Below are positions 35,985 through 50,305 of a DNA stretch of 64,000 nucleotides, in pieces. The position numbers were made by a program, and so were the translations under genes. Position 1 is the first letter of the stretch. Every line of letters begins with the position of its first letter. The notes beneath the pieces are model-generated. The model worked only from the letters and a program-made list of their open reading frames with translations. It was not told the origin of the DNA and ran no database searches. Source of the stretch: Octopus sinensis (taxonomy: Eukaryota). The stretch spans positions 5,456,001 through 5,520,000 of the forward strand of contig NC_043022.1 of the NCBI RefSeq assembly GCF_006345805.1. The letters are read 5' to 3'.

Positions 35985-36899
35985 TTACTACTACTATCAC
36001 TACTACTACTACTTTCTTAAAGAAAACTGTAAATAGCATGTTATATAAACAAAGAACACTTTTACAATTTTTTGCTAAAATGGTCGAAAGTTTTTGGTCT
36101 TCACTCAACTGTATAAAATCAGTGGAAGAATTGCAGACAAAATAAGCAACTAAAGTTATTTTCAGTTGAAGAAATTGAATAAAATACATTAAAAAAAAAA
36201 ACATATTTTTGGAAATTGTGGCTTTTCTAGTGCAGTGTTTTCTTGTGTTAAATGAAACTAGATTTCTAACAGAACAACGCATATATATAAACACATGGCT
36301 GTGTGTGTATGTGTGTGTAAGCATGTGCATATTATGTTTGTATGCACATAAAATGGATGCACATAAACATGCCATGAGAACATAAGGTTTCTGTACACAA
36401 GAATAATTTGGTGAACAATAAAACTTCCAAAGATGAAAGGTAAAATAATTTGGCTTCAAGTTCTGCTTTTCAGGTGTGTTTACAAAATCGTTATCATCTG
36501 AGAATAAAACAGAATCTAACAGTCACCGAATGTTGTGTGTGTGTATGGAGTGGAGTGGATTGCATTGCTCAAGGCTGCTACTTTGTCTCTGTGATTGCTG
36601 TAGTTAAAGGGGTGTTATGTTGAAGGAAGCGGTAGGCCAATTTGGCTACCACACAGGGTGTTCAAATCCAAGTTACGCCGCAATGCTCACAAGGGTTCAA
36701 CAATCTGACTAGGGGACCAAACATGTGGAGCGATGGATGATATGGAACTTGTGGATGGAATCTAGGTGTCATTGATTCTGTAACCTTATGGTGTGGCTCT
36801 CCATTGGTTGCCACAGTGAGTGCTCCAGTTGGCCAGATCAACAGGACAACCTGCCTGTGAAATTAACGTGCATGTGGCTGAGTACTCCACAGGCATACC

Positions 36900-37312
36900 C
36901 TTTACTCTTTTACTTGTTTCAGTCATTTGACTGCGGCCATGCTGGAGCACCGCCTTTAGTTGAGCAACTCGACCCCGGGACTTATTCCTTGTAAGCCCAG
37001 TACTTATTCTATCGGTCTCTTTTTGCCGAACCACTAAGTGACGGGGACATAAACACACCAGCATCGGTTGTCAAGCAATGCTCGGGGGACAAACACAGAC
37101 ACACAAACATACATGCACACACACACATATATATATATACATATATACGACAGGCTTCTTTCAGTTTCCGTCTACCAAATCCACTCACAAGGCTTTGGTC
37201 GGCCCGGGGCTATGGCAGAAGACACTTGCCCAAGATGCCACGCAGTGGGACTGAACCCGGAACCATGTGGTTGGTCAGCAAGCTACTTACCACACAGCCA
37301 CTCCATGCTAAT
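36900..37312 (-). mobile_element. Family A SINE
   Basis: Reverse complement of the family A consensus. Confidence 0.9.
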
Positions 37313-38630
37313 CTTCTCTGGCACTCCATCAGTTATGACGACAAGGGTTCCAGCTGATTTGATCGATGGAACAGCCTGCTCATTGAATTAACATGCAAGT
37401 GGCTGAGTACTCCACAGACATGTCTTCCCTTAACACAGTTCTCTCAGGGAGATTCAGCTTGACACAGAATGTGACACGGTTGATCCCTTTCAATTACAGG
37501 TACTACTCAATTTTGCCGGCTGAGTGGACCAGAGCAATAAAGTGGAGTAAAGTGTCTTGCTCAAGGGATCAAACTCACAACCTGATAACTGTAAGCCAGA
37601 TGCCTTCAACACTAAGCAATATACCTTCACTCCGTAACACGTAGGGGTAGACACAAGGCCATGTGGTGGAGGAGTCTTGAGTTCAACCCCAGTGAGTGTA
37701 AACAGTGTCTTGGCAATGACCTTGAGCAAGTCTCTTCTAACACAGCTTCAAGTCAACTACAACTCTGTGAGTGGAAATTAGTGGGAGATAACATACAGAA
37801 GCCTGTCAGCAGATGGCTGGGTGTGTATGTGGGGGTATTTGCCTTTCATTTTTTAGGGGTCAACAAATTAAGTATCAGTTGCATATTGGGATTGATCTAA
37901 TCGACTGGACCCTCCCCCAAAATTTCAGGCCTTGTGCCTAGAGTAGAAGAGGAGGAGAAATTTTCCTCAAGGGGAAAAAATTGCTGAGAGAGAGATTTTA
38001 TTTATATTTTTTATATACTCTTTACTCTTTTACTCTTTTACTTGTTTCAGTCATTTGACTGCAGCCATGCTGGAGCACCGCCTTTAATCGAGCAACTCGA
38101 CCCTGGGACTTATTCTTTTGTAAGCCCAGTACTTATTCTATCGGTCTCTTTTTTTGACGAACCGCTAAGTAACGGGGACATAAACACACCAGCATCGGTT
38201 GTCAAGCAATGCTAGGGGGACAAACAAAATATAATTATTTTATCATGCAAGAAATGATTCCTAAAGTTTGAAATTCAGAAGTCACAGACTGACAGAAAGG
38301 TTAGAGCACTGAGTATGTAGTTAGCATCATATAATCGCATTTCTTTACATTTTGAGTTCAAATCCTGCCAAGGTCGACTTGGCCTTTTACCCATTGTGGC
38401 ACTGATGAAATAAAGTAGCTGCCAGTCAAATATTGAGGAATAATTGAACGTTCTTGTAAAGCATCAAAGATTGAAATTGGAATAATAGAAGACTTTATAA
38501 ACAGAATATCTGGCTGGTGGTGGTGGTGGTGGTGGTGGCAGGGATCGTGGCAGTGGGTACACATATGGATACAGTTAGGAATATACGGGGAGGATATATA
38601 TACATACATACATAGATATAACACATATAT

Positions 38631-38717
<87 letters not shown>

Positions 38718-38761
38718 CACATACATACATACATATATATATTATATATAATATATGTATG

Positions 38762-38820
<59 letters not shown>

Positions 38821-38891
38821 ATTATGTATGTATATATATAGATATATATATATATATGTATGTTGTATATTATCATATATATATATATATT

Positions 38892-39190
38892 GCCAGCTCT
38901 GTCTGGCCCCCGTGTTGGTGGCACGTAAAAGTACCATCCGTTCGTGTCCGTTGCCAGCCTCGCCTGGCCCCGTGCCGGTGACACGTAAAAGCACCATCCG
39001 TTCGTGGCCGTTTGCCAGCTCTGTCTGGCACCTGTGCGGGTGGCACGTAAAAAGCACCCACTACACTGCCAGATCTGAAACACTGCCAGATCTGACTTGG
39101 CCTGATGAAGCCTTCCAGCTTCACAGACCCCCAGTTGAACCGTCCAACCCATGCTAGCATGGAGAACGGACGCTAAATGATGATGATGAT
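38892..39190 (+). mobile_element. Family D element with three internal tandem units
   Basis: GTG(G/A)CACGTAAAA.(C/T)ACC x3; the units match those at 24070-24208. Confidence 0.85.
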
Positions 39191-39221
39191 GATGATACAT
39201 ACATATATATATATATATATA

Positions 39222-39258
<37 letters not shown>

Positions 39259-39877
39259 CATATATACATGTGAAGGCACATGGCTCAGTGGTTAGGGTGT
39301 TGCACCCACTATTGCAAGACCATGGGTTTGATTCCCAGACCAGGTGTTGCATTGTGTTCTTGAGTAAGAGCTCTTCATTTCATGTTGCGTTGCCATCATT
39401 TCGTCATCTGACATGTAGCACCCAGTTGCACCTGTACAGGTAATATCAATCTGATGGAGGGAGTGAGCTTATGTCTACACAGACATTTGATCCCTATAAA
39501 ACAAATCATCTTTGTGGTTGTTTGGTAAGAAATTGTTGAACCCTCGCACGTCGTCTAACAATGGGAGAGTCCATGATGACATATATACATACATATATAT
39601 ACATATATATATATTCAATTAGAGATTAAAATAGCCTCATTAAGGGATAGTAATATCCAATGAATTACTGGTTCATTACCTAATATTTTTTGTGAATAAT
39701 AATATTCCTAAAATAATAATTCTAAGTATAAATCTTAGCTTATAAATATTCAGAAGAAAATTAAGAAAATGCTAACATAGCAGTAATTTAATTTATCATC
39801 TGCAAAAATCCAACACAGAGAATATGTTGGATTTTGGGGATAATAAATGATATTAATACTCTATCTCCATTTTCTTA

Positions 39878-39954
<77 letters not shown>

Positions 39955-40450
39955 TATAGATAGATACATACATATATACATATATTTATATATGTGTTAT
40001 ATATATATATATATGAATACATATATACATACATACACACATACATACATATATACATACATACATATATACATACATACACATACACGCGAAGGCTTCT
40101 GTACCATGTTCTAGTTTTTATGCTTCTGGCTTATGTACATACAACACACACATACATGCATATCTGTATGTGTGTTATGACAGAGCAAGAGGAGAGAGAG
40201 AGAGAGAGAGAGAAATGGATTATAGGAAGCAAAGTCGGTAAGATTCTATATATTTGTTGTCAGCTGAGAGAAACAAAAGTACCGTTGCCTCCATTTACAA
40301 CAACGTGGTCATTGAAACCAACCAAGTGCACAGTTTAAGTGAAACCCTGTCTTGAAATGGAGCCTATTGGAATAAAGATAAATTTAACAGATAGCCACAT
40401 AATCAAAGATACACACACACATATATACATAAGATATATATATAAAAGAC

Positions 40451-40500
<50 letters not shown>

Positions 40501-40724
40501 GTTAATCAAAACAAGAAAGTACAAAAAAACACAACAACGTGAGGATGTGGAACAAATATAGTATTATTGGACGCTCAGGAAGGAAGGGAAGATGTATATA
40601 TACACATCTTCAACACACACATGCAAATATATAGAAGCACACACAAGCATGTCTGCACACAAACAAAGACATATACATATATATACATACACAAAATATA
40701 TGTAAAAGACAACATCTATCTATC

Positions 40725-40758
<34 letters not shown>

Positions 40759-40847
40759 CACACACACACACAAACACACACGTTCAAAACACACATATCC
40801 ACGCATAAACACACACTTATATATCCAGAAGGCACACAGAAACATGT

Positions 40848-40882
<35 letters not shown>

Positions 40883-41524
40883 TGCACATGGGCAAAAATT
40901 AATTGAGCTGTGTTTAAAAGAGCCAGCAGCCAGCAGCCGGGTTCCTGGCAATGATGGAGAAGCCATGAAATAACACCGAAATCTTTGGCCCTCAAACTTA
41001 GAAACACAACTGTTTATGAAGGTTAAAATGTTGCTGTAGGTGGGTTTTTTGCCCTTTTTTATTCAACAAATTTCATCAGAGGAGGAGATAGGGTTGCACT
41101 TTTGACCTTTCTCAGGGTCTCTGTGACTCGTACAAGGAAGGGAGGAAGCTTTCCTCCCTCCACCCGACCCCCACACATGCAGCAGACTTGCTATGATTAG
41201 AGATTAAACCGATTGTAAACTGGTGCAGCAGACAAATCACAGAAATGAGATTAAACAGTCTGAAACATTTAGTAACTACAAAGGGGTTTTGGTTTGGTTT
41301 TTATCACGATACTCTTTCTCTTTTACTCTTTTACTTGTTTCAGTCATTTGACTGCGGCCATGCTGGAGCACCGCCTTTATTCGAGCAAATCGACCCCGGG
41401 ACTTATTCTATGTAAGCCCAGTACTTATTCTATCGGTCTCTTTTGCCGAACCGCTAAGTGACGGGGATGTAAACACACCAGCATCGGTTGTCAAGCAATG
41501 CTAGGGGGACAAACAGACACACAA

Positions 41525-41555
<31 letters not shown>

Positions 41556-41746
41556 CATATATACGACAGGCTTCTTTTAGTTTCCATCTACCAAATCCAC
41601 TCACAAGGCATTGGTCGGCCCGGGGCTATAGCAGAAGACACTTGCCCAAGGTGCCACGCAGTGGGACTGAACCCGGAACCATGTGGTTGGTTAGCAAACT
41701 TTAACAAACATCTGCGTCGGTCATCAGAGTTTTGGTTAGTTTTTAA

Positions 41747-42339
41747 CCCTTCAGCATCCAAACTGACCCTATCCAGCCCAAATGTTCTTCCTGTTCTATG
41801 TTCAAACTGACCAAATCTGGCCTCTCACGCCTACACTACAATTTCATTCTAAAAAATAAGCAACCACTTCATTGAAATCTCAAAGCTAGAAGATAATCCA
41901 GGATTAATTGGAAACAATGGGAATAAATAAGGATTAGCATTTGACAAAATAATCTGAATGCTTAAAGGGTTGAACCAGTCATATCCAGACCAGATATTCT
42001 TCCTGTTTTACATTCAAACTGACCAGATCCTGCCTCTCTCACCTACCCTACAATGTCATTCTAAAAACACACAATCACCCCTCTCTCTCTCTTTCAGAGA
42101 GGCACTGAGCAGCTATACGCACACATACACACATGGCAGTAAATTCCACCTACCGAATTCAATCACAAAGCTCCGGTCGGCTCGGGGCTATAGTGGAAGA
42201 CACCTACTCAAAGTGCCATGCAGTGGGACTGAATCACATAACTGGAATTTCAAAACTACAAAATCTAATGAATAAATTATTCAAAACAATATAAATAAAC
42301 AAACATTAGATTTGACAGAATAATATGAATGCTAAAGGG
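41747..42339 (+). mobile_element. Two adjacent piggyBac-like family 2 MITEs; the second holds a SINE fragment
   Basis: TTAA-CCCTTCAGCAT start (41743-41757); ...ATGCTTAAAGGG end at 41969; the second copy ends ...GAATGCTAAAGGG-TTAA at 42339-42343. Confidence 0.75.
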
Positions 42340-43169
42340 TTAATGATATAATCCAAGAGTGAATAGCAGTATCCATGACCCCTTTCAGGGTCTCTGAGTC
42401 TTAGTAGAAGGAAAGCAGGAAGTTATCATCCCACAAAAGACGTGGTCGGAATTTTGCTGCCAATGGTACTTATTCTATCAGAATATTTTGCTGAACTGTT
42501 AAGTTACAGGGACATAAACAAACCAACACTGGTTGTCAAGTGCCAGTGGTGGGTGGGTAGGTGGGTGGAACAAGCACAGATACACACATATATATATATA
42601 TATATACAACAAGGTCTTTAATGATTCCATCCTTTCAATCCACTCACAAGGCTTTGGTCAGCCCAAGGCTTCAATAGAAGACACAAGGTACCACACAGTG
42701 GGACAGAACCTGAAACCATTTGGTTGGGAAGCAAACTTCTTGCCACACATAACTACTTTCAACTTACACAATATTTTCAGTGCATATAATTATTCTTAAC
42801 ATAATTAACCCTTTTCAATATATTTAATTATTTTTCAGCATATGTTTTCATATCTCCTTCCTGATTCTTCAGCCAAAAATCAACAAGTAGTCCCAGACCC
42901 TGAAGGCTTCAAGGGGAGGTTGTCCCTTTGATGATGTTGTCTTCTTTTTCAAGGAATACTTTATCAAAAGTAATGTTCCTTCTTTTTTAAGATAACAGTG
43001 TGTGATCTGAAGGGAGTTTGACGCAATTTCTAGTGAGTCATACAAACCAGGTAGTGAACTAATTTAGGTAAATATAATGACTTAACTAAAGTGGCACACT
43101 GTGCTTTTATAAAATTTTAAAAGTATGTGCCACTGGTATGTATCGATGCCAGTGCCGCTTGACTGGTTC

Positions 43170-43565
43170 TGTAAATGTAGCATGTAAAAAGCACCTTTTG
43201 AGCGTGGTTGTTACCAGTGCCACCTGACTGGCCCCAATGCCAGTGGCACATAAAAAGCAACATTCGAGCGTAGTTGTTACCAGTGCCACCTGACTGTCTC
43301 CCATGCTGGTGGCACGTAATAAGAACCATTTGAGCGTGGTTATTGCCAGTGTTGCTTGACTGGCCCCCATGCCAGTAGCACATAAAAAGCTCCAGCTACA
43401 CTCTTGGAGTAGTTGGCATTAGGAAGAGCATCCAGCTGTAGAAACCTTGCCAGATCAGATTGGAGCCAGGTGCAATCTCCTGGCTTGCCAGTCCTCAGTC
43501 AAACTGTCCAACCCATGCCAGCATGGAAAGCAGAAGTTAAACGACAATGATAATGATAATGATGA
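43170..43565 (+). mobile_element. Family D element with ~66-bp internal tandem units
   Basis: G.CAC.TAAAAAG motif x4, family D core, (GAT)n tail. Confidence 0.8.
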
Positions 43566-43639
43566 TGAACTTCTTTTTGGAAAGAATTCAAAACCATAAT
43601 TGCTGAATGCACCAGACACTGATGCAAAACAAATCCTTA

Positions 43640-44058
43640 ACTCTTTTACTCTTTACTCTTTTACTTGTTTCAGTCATTTGACTGTGGCCATGCTGGAGCA
43701 CCGCCTTAAATCGAGCAACTCGACCCCGGGACTTATTCTTTTGTAAGCCCAGTACTTATTCTATCGGTCTCTTTTTGCCGAACCGCTAAGAAACGGGGAC
43801 ATAAACACACCAGCATCGGTTGTCAAGCAATGCTAGGGAGACAATCACAGACACACAAACACACACACACACACATATATATATACATATATACGACGGG
43901 CTTCTTTCAGTTTCTGTCTACCAAATCCACTCACAAGGCATTGGTCAGCCCGGGGCTATAGCAGAAGACACTTGCCCAAGATGCCACGCAGTGGGACTGA
44001 ACCCGGAACCATGTGGTTGGTTAGCAAGCTACTTACCACACAGCCACTCCTGCGCCTC
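43640..44058 (-). mobile_element. Family A SINE
   Basis: Full length, near-consensus. Confidence 0.9.
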
Positions 44059-45668
44059 AGATCTTGTGAAACCAGGGTGTATTTCGGTTGCAGGAAATGT
44101 GTAAGATATTTCTTCAAAGAATACAACCATTTTCCAAGCCTCAAGAATGGAATTATTTAATAAAATGAAAGATTATAAAGTTATAGATTCTGACTGTAAG
44201 GAGAATTGAATGCATGCAAGTGGAATAAGAGCTGTCAGGAATTTTGACATTCGGTGGAGGAAGGGGACGGAAAGGGAGAAGCAGTTGATATGCAATGGAA
44301 TTAACACAAAGAGGAGACAGAATTGATCCAAGGACAAGAGAGCGAAAGGACAGTGGAAAGTGACCAGTAGTGGACAGGAAGAAAGTTAATATGACTGTCA
44401 AAGTAATTTGGTTAGTCTCGATCAATGAGAAAAGAGGGAGGAAGAGACGGTTTCTCCTGTAGACAAGAGAGAAGGTAAGAGAAGAGGAGGAAAAGAAGCA
44501 GGAAAGAGAGAGAGACAGAGAGTAGAAGAAGGAGAGAAAGGGAGAAGGAGAAAGTGAGAGAGGGAGGAGAGAAAGAGAAGAAGAGAGAAATTAGAAAGGG
44601 GGGAGAGAGGAAGTAAGAGAGACAGAAGAGATAGAAAGTGAGAAGAGGAGGTGAGAGAGGGAGGAGAGAAAGAGAAGAAGAGAGAAATTAGAAAGGGGGT
44701 GAGAGGAAGTAAGAGAGACAGGAAGAGATAGAAAGTGAGAGGAGGAGGAGGAGGAAGAAAATGGTATTGGTTGTTGTTTTGCTCAAGGTTAATCTTGACA
44801 GAGAGACAGGAGATCAAAGACCCTTTCCACCCATGACTGCATTATTAAATTTGTTTTTGTTGTTATAAAGAACCAAGTGTTAGCTGAGGGTAAATTGGCT
44901 GCTATTTCTTGCACGTAGAGACCACATAGAGTCTTTGTCTTTAATAGCAATATTTACCAGTGAAAATGAAGACCACAGCCATAAAGATATACCATATAAT
45001 ACTACATGATCACATGATCAACCAGATTGTCAGATGAGGTTATACATCGCTGGTCACAATGCACTTTGCGTCATTTTAGCTTTTGAATAATGCCACCCCA
45101 CTGGCAAGACAAGCAGGCCAACATTCCTCCTAATCATCATCATCATCATCATCATTTAATGTCTGCTTTCCATGCTGGCATGGGTTGGATGGTTTGATTG
45201 AGGATTGGCAAGCCAGGAGTTTGCACCAGGCTCCAATCTGATCTGATAAGTTTTCTACAGCTGGATGCCCTTCCTGATGCCAACCACTCTGAGAGTGTAG
45301 TGGGTAATTTTTATGTGCCACCAGCATGGGTAGCAGTCAGGCAGCACTGGCATGAACCACACTCCAATGGTGCTTTTCAGTCACTGACATGGAACAGCTG
45401 GACGTCACCACCACCACCAGCATCAACATCACTTAAATGCATGTACATTTGCATTAAACTCAGAAGGAATACACAGTCTCTCCAATAGAGTTACAATGCT
45501 AAGCTTAACTGATGACAGAGCAATAACACTTGAAATATGCATATACACCAATTCCCTAGTTTTTCTATCTGTGATCACATTGTTTACAAAAATGTATTTG
45601 TATATGAAATGTCATAATCTTTAGTGTTAGCTCTGAATTCTATTGAAGATCTGTAGAGATAAACTTAA

Positions 45669-45876
45669 CCCTTAGAACCCAAAATGCTGGTGCACCAGCA
45701 CTACACCAAAGCTGTATATTCCTGAAATGCCAGTCTTCACTTTTCACCAATTTGTACCCTTGTGTTGCGAAACAAGCATGTCTTTCAGCATATGTTTTAA
45801 AATTTTCTGTGAAACTCGCTGGGAGCTTAGGGTGGTGCATTCAATTCCTGTGGGTGGGTGGGTAGGGTTCAAAGGG
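45669..45876. mobile_element. piggyBac-like MITE (family 3)
   Basis: TIR CCCTTAGAACCC / GGGTTCAAAGGG (11/12); flanks TTAA / TTAT. Confidence 0.6.
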
Positions 45877-46033
45877 TTATGAAGATCAGGTTAATGTGAT
45901 ATAAGCATTATCATTAAAAAGTACAGCTGGCCGGCACGTGTGGCAGGTAGGGCTTGGTTTAGATGCTTCTATAATTGCAAGCAGACAGATACATTCACTC
46001 GACCCCTTCATTTTCAACCCAGGATGTGAGAGC

Positions 46034-46117
<84 letters not shown>

Positions 46118-46465
46118 GCTGCATCAAAACTCAACTGGTTCTTATTTACTCAGTAACAGTTAAGTAGACTGAAGCTCAAGAAGCTAAGTTACCCAGTCCA
46201 AGTCAAGGAATTGAACCTTTAACCTCGTGATCATCAGCCAAACAACCTAACCACAAAGCTAAGCACCTTCACTGAACATTATAAAGTTAAATATATCACA
46301 TTAACTTTCTTCGTTCTAAACAGTTTAATGTCAAAGAAAATTACTGAATAACATGTCTTTCTCATCTGCTGACTTACTTCAAGTTAAGTGACTTTGATAA
46401 AGAGACGAAGCTTGAGTTTAGTTCACAGGAACTTAACTCTATTTGGCTGAATTTCTGTAACTTCA

Positions 46466-46940
46466 CATCATCATCATCATCATCATTGTTCGACCGTGGT
46501 CGAGACAATGGAATTTACTATGTTATGCCAGACTTCACGGTCCATCATAGCATTACGAAGGTCCTGTTGCTGGATGCCTGTATCCCTGGAGATTACATCA
46601 GGGTAGGAGAGTGTGCGCCCTCTGGTATTGCGAGTAGATGGCTTCCAGAGGAGAAGAGTAGAAATTGCCTCTTTTTCAGCTCTACAACAATGTCCAGCAA
46701 ACTGGACTCTCCTACCTTTCACAAGAGATGACACAGGTGGTAGTTTCCCATATATTTGCATTTTGGTTGGATGGCGCTTCCACGAGAGATTTTGAGCTCT
46801 CATAAGGAGGTGAGTGTAGGTTCCATCCAACCGCCTCTCAAGCTTCTTTGATAACGTCCAGGTTTCTGAGCCATATAGTAGAATTGGTTCGACTGTGGCT
46901 TTGAATATTTCAAGTTTGAAGTCTCTACTTAGATTTGACA
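46466..46940 (-). mobile_element. 5'-truncated RTE LINE, same family as 13909-14318
   Basis: SNLSRDFKLEIFKATVEPILLYGSETW...; visibly highly similar to copy 1; (TGA)n tail. 5' boundary approximate. Confidence 0.88.
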
Positions 46941-47057
46941 CAAATGCAGGGAAAACATGGAGTGTTACCTTATTATGTGGAAATATTTTTGTTGACACAG
47001 ATTACCAGAAATTTCCAGAGATTCTGGTTATTTACATATTCTTTGTTGGTCCTATTA

Positions 47058-47655
47058 TATTAAGTTGAGTCAAAATTTTGGGAATATTTTGGTAATTTTA
47101 TTCAACAAGTTTCAACAAAAGCAGCGTAACATTCAAAGAAGAGGTCATTGTGTTGCACCATCTGAAGTCACTTTTCTGCCAGTTCTTGGATTCCAAGCTG
47201 ATACCAGTTTTGTCCTTCAAAAGGCAAGAACTCCTTCACTAAAACTTCCACCTCCTCATGGTTGGTGAAGCACTGTGAGTGCAGGAAGTGAGCCATGGAC
47301 TGGAACAAATAATAATCCAAGAGAGCTGGGCCTGGACTATATGCTAAGCCTGACAGCTTGATTCCCACAAGTTTCTGAATTTTATTCCAATATAAGGTCT
47401 TGCATTGTCATGCTGAAGAAGATCTCGCTTTCTGTTAACCAATGCCGGGTATTTTTGCTGCACAGGGGCATACATCTAGTCCAGCTGATTGGGGGACATC
47501 AATGACTGGATTGTCCAGAACAAAGTCATAGTGAATTATTCCCTTATAATTCTGCCAAATGCAGAGCATCCTCTTGCATTCAAAACATCCGGCTTTGGCA
47601 ATAGATTCTGGGAGCTGGCTCTTGCTAAACCACTGCTTATGCACGTAAGGATTGC
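47058..47655 (-). pseudogene. Mariner transposase remnant (catalytic region plus 3' TIR)
   Basis: Frameshifted motifs KRMLCIWQNYKGIIHY, QHDNARPY and AYSPGPALLDYYLF; TA-TTAAGTTGAGTCAAAA TIR at 47058. Confidence 0.85.
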
Positions 47656-47699
47656 CAAACAATATCTCCCTTAGATTTTACCTGTGCCAATCCATAGTT

Positions 47700-48195
47700 C
47701 ACTTCCCATGCTCATGACACGTCATCAACCAAGAAGAGGGGAAGCTTCAATTAAGGGATCCAAGAACTGATAGAAAGGGGTCTTCAGACGATGCCCCATG
47801 ATAGCCTCTTCTTTGAATTCTAAGCTGCTTTTGTTGTAATTTACCAAAGTATTGCAAAACTTCTGACTCAACACAATAGAACAGAGCATGGATCTGATGC
47901 CACACCCAGCATATAGTCCAGACCTAGCACCCTCAGATTATTTTTTGTTCCCTTCCATGGCTCACTTCCTGTGTTCATGATGCTTCATCAACTGAGAGGA
48001 GGTGGAAGGTATAGTGAAGGAGTTCTTTGCCTTGAAGGGACAAGAACTGGTCTCAGCATAGGATCCAAGAAGTGGCAGAAAGGGGTCTTCAGACGGTGCA
48101 ACACGATGGCCTCTTCTTTGAATTCTTGGCTGCTTTTGGTGAAACTAAGCAAATAACTTACCGAAATATTGCCAAACTTTTGATTCAACACAATA
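47700..48195 (+). pseudogene. Two tandem mariner 3' fragments, each ending in a TIR
   Basis: HPAYSPDLAPSDYFLF at ~47901-47948; TIRs ...TGA.TCAACACAA-TA ending at 47879 and 48195. Confidence 0.85.
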
Positions 48196-48578
48196 AAACT
48201 GTAGACACTTGTAGTTCAATGTCGACAAGATAGCTGCAACCAGGCAGTTAGACAATGAGAGACATTAAAACATTCCTGAAATTGAATTCCTTATTGGAAT
48301 CAAACCAAATTGAAAACATGTGTATTCAAAGGAGATTCAAAGAGAGAGACATACAGACAGACCAACGGACAGACAAACAAGAAGAAAGTAGTTGAGGGAA
48401 AATCAAATTCTAGGTAGAAACACAAATGAGAGTGTTTACATCAGACAAGAATTTTAATTAAGTTTGTGGCACAGCAATTCAGTTTGAAATTGTTTATTGA
48501 ATTCTCATTGGATACAAATCGTGAAATAAAGGGAATCTATGGAAGATCAAACTAGAAGCAACCAGAAAAATCTATGTT

Positions 48579-48610
<32 letters not shown>

Positions 48611-48876
48611 GTATATAGAAATCATCATCATCATCATTTAACAGCCATTGTCCATGCTAGCATGGGTTGCACGGTTTGACCAGGGCTGGCACACTGGAAG
48701 GCTGCACCAGACCCCAGTCTGATTTGGCATGGTTTTCTACAGCTGGATGCCCTTCCTAACGCCAACCACTCCAAAAGTGTAATGGGTGCTTTTACACGCC
48801 AATATGTGTGTGTGTTGTGTGTGTGTGTAAATAACAAATGAAAGACAGAAGATGGAATATATGAGAATATATTATT

Positions 48877-48900
48877 AATCACAACAATTGTTTCGACACA
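48877..48900 (-). ncRNA. 3' half of a hammerhead motif, same family as 26354-26462
   Basis: TGTC-GAAA-CAATTGTT-GTGATT; the CUGANGA half is absent and a (TA)n tract lies a few bases upstream. Confidence 0.45.
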
Positions 48901-48927
48901 TCTAGCATCCATTATATATATATATAT

Positions 48928-48964
<37 letters not shown>

Positions 48965-48981
48965 CATATATATATATATAT

Positions 48982-49388
48982 TCTTTTACTCTTTTACTTG
49001 TTTCAGTCATTTGACTGCGGCCATGCTGGAGCACCACCTTTAGTCGAGCAACTCGACCCCGGGACTTATTCTTTTGTAAGCCCAGTGCTTATTCTATCGG
49101 TCTCTTTTGCTGAACCATTAAGTAACTGGGACATAAACACACCAGCATCGGTTGTCAAGCAATGCTAGGGGACAAACACAGACACACAAACACACACACG
49201 CATATATATATATATACATATATACGACGGGCTTCTTTCAGTTTCCGTCTGCCAAATTCACTCACAAGGCTTTGGTTGGCCCGAGGCTATAGTAGAAGAC
49301 ACTTGCCCAAGGTGCCATGCAGTGGGACTGAACCCGGAACCATGTGGTTGGCTGACAAGCTACTTACCACACAGCCACTCCTGCGCCA
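48982..49388 (-). mobile_element. Family A SINE
   Basis: Full length. Confidence 0.9.
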
Positions 49389-49425
49389 TATAATAAATAT
49401 ACATATATATATATATATATATATT

Positions 49426-49470
<45 letters not shown>

Positions 49471-49518
49471 ATATATATGTGCATGCAAGCCTTGCATAAG
49501 AATACAAGCCAACATTAA

Positions 49519-49724
49519 CCCCACAGCATTCAGATTACTCCAAATGTTAATGCTTGTTTATTCACATTGTTTGGGATTAATTATGGATTATCTCATAGCT
49601 TTGAGATTTCAATGATGGTGTTGATTGTCTTTAGAAACGCAATGTAGAATAGGTGCAAGAGGCTGGAACTGGGTGGTTTGAACAAAAAACCAGGCTGGAT
49701 GTGACCAGTCTAAATGTTAGAGGG
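49519..49724 (-). mobile_element. piggyBac-like family 2 MITE, diverged
   Basis: TTAA flanks (49515-49518, 49725-49728); reverse complement of the family 2 internal sequence. Confidence 0.65.
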
Positions 49725-49929
49725 TTAAAATGATTACACTTCCAAACTAGAAATTATCTGCTAAGTGCCCACGTACGCATACACACACGCACACACACTC
49801 GTGCATCCATGCATGCCCACACACATTACGCATCCATCAGAGCATGTTTGCATCAGTTATTTTTTTATTATTTTTTTAGCCAATACAAATCTTCCATATT
49901 CAAGGCTCACATCTCACAACCATGCATAC

Positions 49930-49938
49930 AGCACCACA

Positions 49939-49975
<37 letters not shown>

Positions 49976-50305
49976 TATACACACACACCACACATATACA
50001 CACACACACATATATACACACACACACACATACACACACACACATATAATACAGCAACACATATACACACACACACATAACACAAAAACACACATACACA
50101 CACACACACATATACACACACAACACCACATACACCACACACACATACACATACATACACACACACCACACCATATAACACACACACACATATATACACC
50201 ACACACACACACATACACACACACATATACACACACACACATACACACACACACACATACACACACACACACACATATACACACCACACACACATATACA
50301 CGTGT
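49930..50305. repeat. (CA)n/(CATA)n compound microsatellite
   Basis: Directly visible. Confidence 0.95.

Noticed and set aside
45507-45550. CTGATGA...GAAA-TATGCATA hammerhead-like string
   Set aside because: Neither stem II nor helix I can pair; treated as a chance match. CTGATGA at ~4212, ~41066 (minus) and ~53977 also lack the remaining elements.
46449-46460. Both RTE copies flanked by ATTTCTG, suggesting target specificity
   Set aside because: Only two copies; in copy 2 the motif is offset from the junction and no TSD was found.
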